DNA of 35,260 nucleotides from an uncultured Treponema sp. (GTDB lineage Bacteria; Spirochaetota; Spirochaetia; Treponematales; Treponemataceae): positions 1-35,260 of the forward strand of contig CAJOQA010000329.1 of assembly GCA_905236465.1 (NCBI GenBank). Reading direction: 5' to 3'. Shown here one piece after another: positions 33,427 through 35,260 of this stretch. Both the position numbers and the translations under genes were made by a program. Within the stretch, counting starts at the first letter, position 1. Every line of letters begins with the position of its first letter. The notes under the pieces are model-generated. The model was given only the letters and a program-made list of their open reading frames with translations, made no database searches and was not told the DNA's origin.

Positions 33427-34914
33427 TTAATCTTTGTAGTCTAAACCACAACCGCGTTTTAAGGCTTCTTTATAAACATCAAGATACTCTTTTGCAGCTA
33501 TATCCCAACCAAATTCTTTTTTCATGCCAGCTGACTGCATTTTCTTTATGTGGTCTTTTTTGTTGTAGTAAGCCCATACAGCCCAACCAACAGTATTATA
33601 AACAGCACTTGGCGTAAGTTGATCAAAGACAAATCCTGTTCCCTCACCTGTATCTTGGTTGTAGTTTTGGACGGTATCTGCTAAGCCCCCAGTTCTGCGA
33701 ACGATAGGCAGGGTTCCGTAAATCATAGAATAAATTTGATTCAATCCACAAGGCTCATATTTTGATGGCATAAGGAAAAAGTCAGAACCTGCTTCAATTA
33801 AGTGGCTAAGGTTTTCATCGTATCCTATGTAGGCCCTAAAGTTAGGAAGTTTTTCTTGAAGAGCATGAATTTCATTTTCACACCAGGCTTCTCCGCTACC
33901 CAGAACAATAAATTGTATATTCATATTTGCACAAATACTGTAGACTGAACCGTATGTAGGTGCAAAAACTTCTGCAATGCCTTTTTGATCAACAAGGCGG
34001 GTAACCATTCCTATGACAGGAATATCTGCATTTACTTCTAGGCCCATTTTTTTCTGCAATTCAGCCTTGCATTTTGCCTTTCCAGACATATCCTTTTCTG
34101 AATAATTAAATGGAATTCTCTTATCGGTTTCAGGATTCCACTGACTTAAATCTGCCCCGTTCAGTATGCCTTTTAGCACATCACCCCTAACACGCAGAAG
34201 GCCATCCATGCCAAAGCCACCCTCAGCTGTCTGAATTTCATGTGCATAAGTGGGAGAAACGGTAGTAATCATATCAGCAGATGAAACACCTGCTTGTAAA
34301 AAATTCATTCCACCATCATGTTCAAATCCAGCACCGTAATAAAAGCCCCAATCTATTCCTAAAGCTGGATATTGATTTTTGTTATACATTCCCTGATAGC
34401 CCTGATTGTGGATAGTAAGAACAGAAGCAGTCCTTTCAAAACCACAGTATCTAGTTACATGCTTAAGAAGAACAGGCGCTAAACATGAAGACCAATCATG
34501 TGCATGGATTATATCAGGGTACCAACCTATTTTTCTGCACAACTGAAAGGCCCCATGACACAAAACTGAAAAACGATAAGGGTTATCGTGGAAATCACTT
34601 TCCCAAGGATTACCGTAAATGCCATCCCTACCATAACAATTCTCATGGTCTATAAAATAAACTGGTAATTTGTCACAACCTGGCATATTGGTATAATAAA
34701 CCGCCGACCACGTTTCTATCTGTCCTGCTGCTATAGCCATAGGGCCTGGAAGAAGCTGTAACTTTTTCTTGTCTATTTTATAATAACGGGGCATAACTAT
34801 TTTTACGTCATGTCCAAGTTTAGTAAGCGCAATAGCAAGAGCACTTACCATGTCTGCAAGGCCTCCTGTTTTTGCAAAGGGGACAACTTCTGCACTGACC
34901 ATTAAAATTTTCAT
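33427..34914 (-). CDS. glgA: Glycogen synthase (GT5, ADP-glucose type)
   Basis: MKILMVSAEVVPFAKTGGLAD, HAHDW, TIHN..YQG, TVSPTYA.EI, RL.DQKG, MPS.YEPCGL.Q, TGGLADTV. Start set at ATG 34914 after GGAGG. Confidence 0.96.
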   Translation of the reverse strand: MKILMVSAEVVPFAKTGGLADMVSALAIALTKLGHDVKIVMPRYYKIDKKKLQLLPGPMAIAAGQIETWSAVYYTNMPGCDKLPVYFIDHENCYGRDGIYGNPWESDFHDNPYRFSVLCHGAFQLCRKIGWYPDIIHAHDWSSCLAPVLLKHVTRYCGFERTASVLTIHNQGYQGMYNKNQYPALGIDWGFYYGAGFEHDGGMNFLQAGVSSADMITTVSPTYAHEIQTAEGGFGMDGLLRVRGDVLKGILNGADLSQWNPETDKRIPFNYSEKDMSGKAKCKAELQKKMGLEVNADIPVIGMVTRLVDQKGIAEVFAPTYGSVYSICANMNIQFIVLGSGEAWCENEIHALQEKLPNFRAYIGYDENLSHLIEAGSDFFLMPSKYEPCGLNQIYSMIYGTLPIVRRTGGLADTVQNYNQDTGEGTGFVFDQLTPSAVYNTVGWAVWAYYNKKDHIKKMQSAGMKKEFGWDIAAKEYLDVYKEALKRGCGLDYKD

Positions 34915-34924
34915 ATAAACCTCC

Positions 34925-35260
34925 TTACTTGTGTAAATCTTCAATAGCTTTTATAAAAGCAGTTCTAGAGTTCAAGATACTTTGCTCATCTACGCAATAT
35001 GCTAATCGGAACCAGCCTTTTCCGCCAAAGCCTGAGCCTGGAGCTGCAAGAATTAAATATTTTTTTAAGTAATCGCAAAACTCTAAATCATCATTGCTAT
35101 CAAATCGGTCTGGAACTTTGCACCACATATAAAATGCACCTTCGGGGCTGGCATGCTCAATTCCAGCTTCATCTAGTATTTGGGTAAGCTCGTTGCGACG
35201 TTTTTCATACAAAGAAAAATCTGCTTTTGTATTCCAGGTTTTTGCCACGACTTTTTGGAA
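34925..35260 (-). CDS. PLP-dependent class I/II aminotransferase, C-terminal part (5' end outside the window)
   Basis: Y..RR..L...L...G.....PEGAFYMW, PGSGFG..GWFRLAYC; the frame is open to the window edge. Confidence 0.88.
   Translation of the reverse strand, partial: FQKVVAKTWNTKADFSLYEKRRNELTQILDEAGIEHASPEGAFYMWCKVPDRFDSNDDLEFCDYLKKYLILAAPGSGFGGKGWFRLAYCVDEQSILNSRTAFIKAIEDLHK

Noticed and set aside
3027-35187. The other short antisense or off-frame ORFs in the track (e.g. 6546-6884, 9776-10138, 10462-10650, 22973-23314, 28845-29138)
   Set aside because: All are nested in well-supported genes, lack SDs or motifs, and are expected from codon bias.
1-35260. CRISPR array, IS element, prophage, retron or toxin-antitoxin system
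   Set aside because: No spaced direct-repeat array and no transposase, integrase, reverse transcriptase or toxin motifs were seen; intergenic gaps are all short.

Overview
AT-rich, gene-dense chromosomal window that reads as core genome of a spirochete, most likely a Treponema. This is inferred from the gene orders ssb-rpsF / rsmD-TPR-TPR-rlmN, rpmF-acpP-rnc, rpsB-tsf-frr-uppS-cdsA-dxr-rseP without pyrH, and a type-2 cmk. It holds about 32 protein genes (two cut by the window edges), tRNA-Gly(TCC), tRNA-Arg(CCG), an S6:S18-type ribosomal leader, several sigma70-like promoters and intrinsic terminators. The main accessory-looking module is a lipoprotein alpha-2-macroglobulin with an intact CxEQ thioester, paired with PBP1C. 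I see no integrase, transposase, prophage or CRISPR array, and no clear-cut novel multi-gene system. The best leads are: an HMA-fold protein whose metal loop has DDD instead of CxxC, coupled to a 2-hydroxyacid dehydrogenase; four apparently leaderless transcripts; a secreted beta-propeller-like protein in the usual bamA slot; an uncharacterised lipoprotein plus exported HEAT-repeat pair; a secreted ankyrin protein with a duplicated module; and catalytic-motif deviations in Maf, Cmk and CdsA. All calls were made by eye, without database searches.
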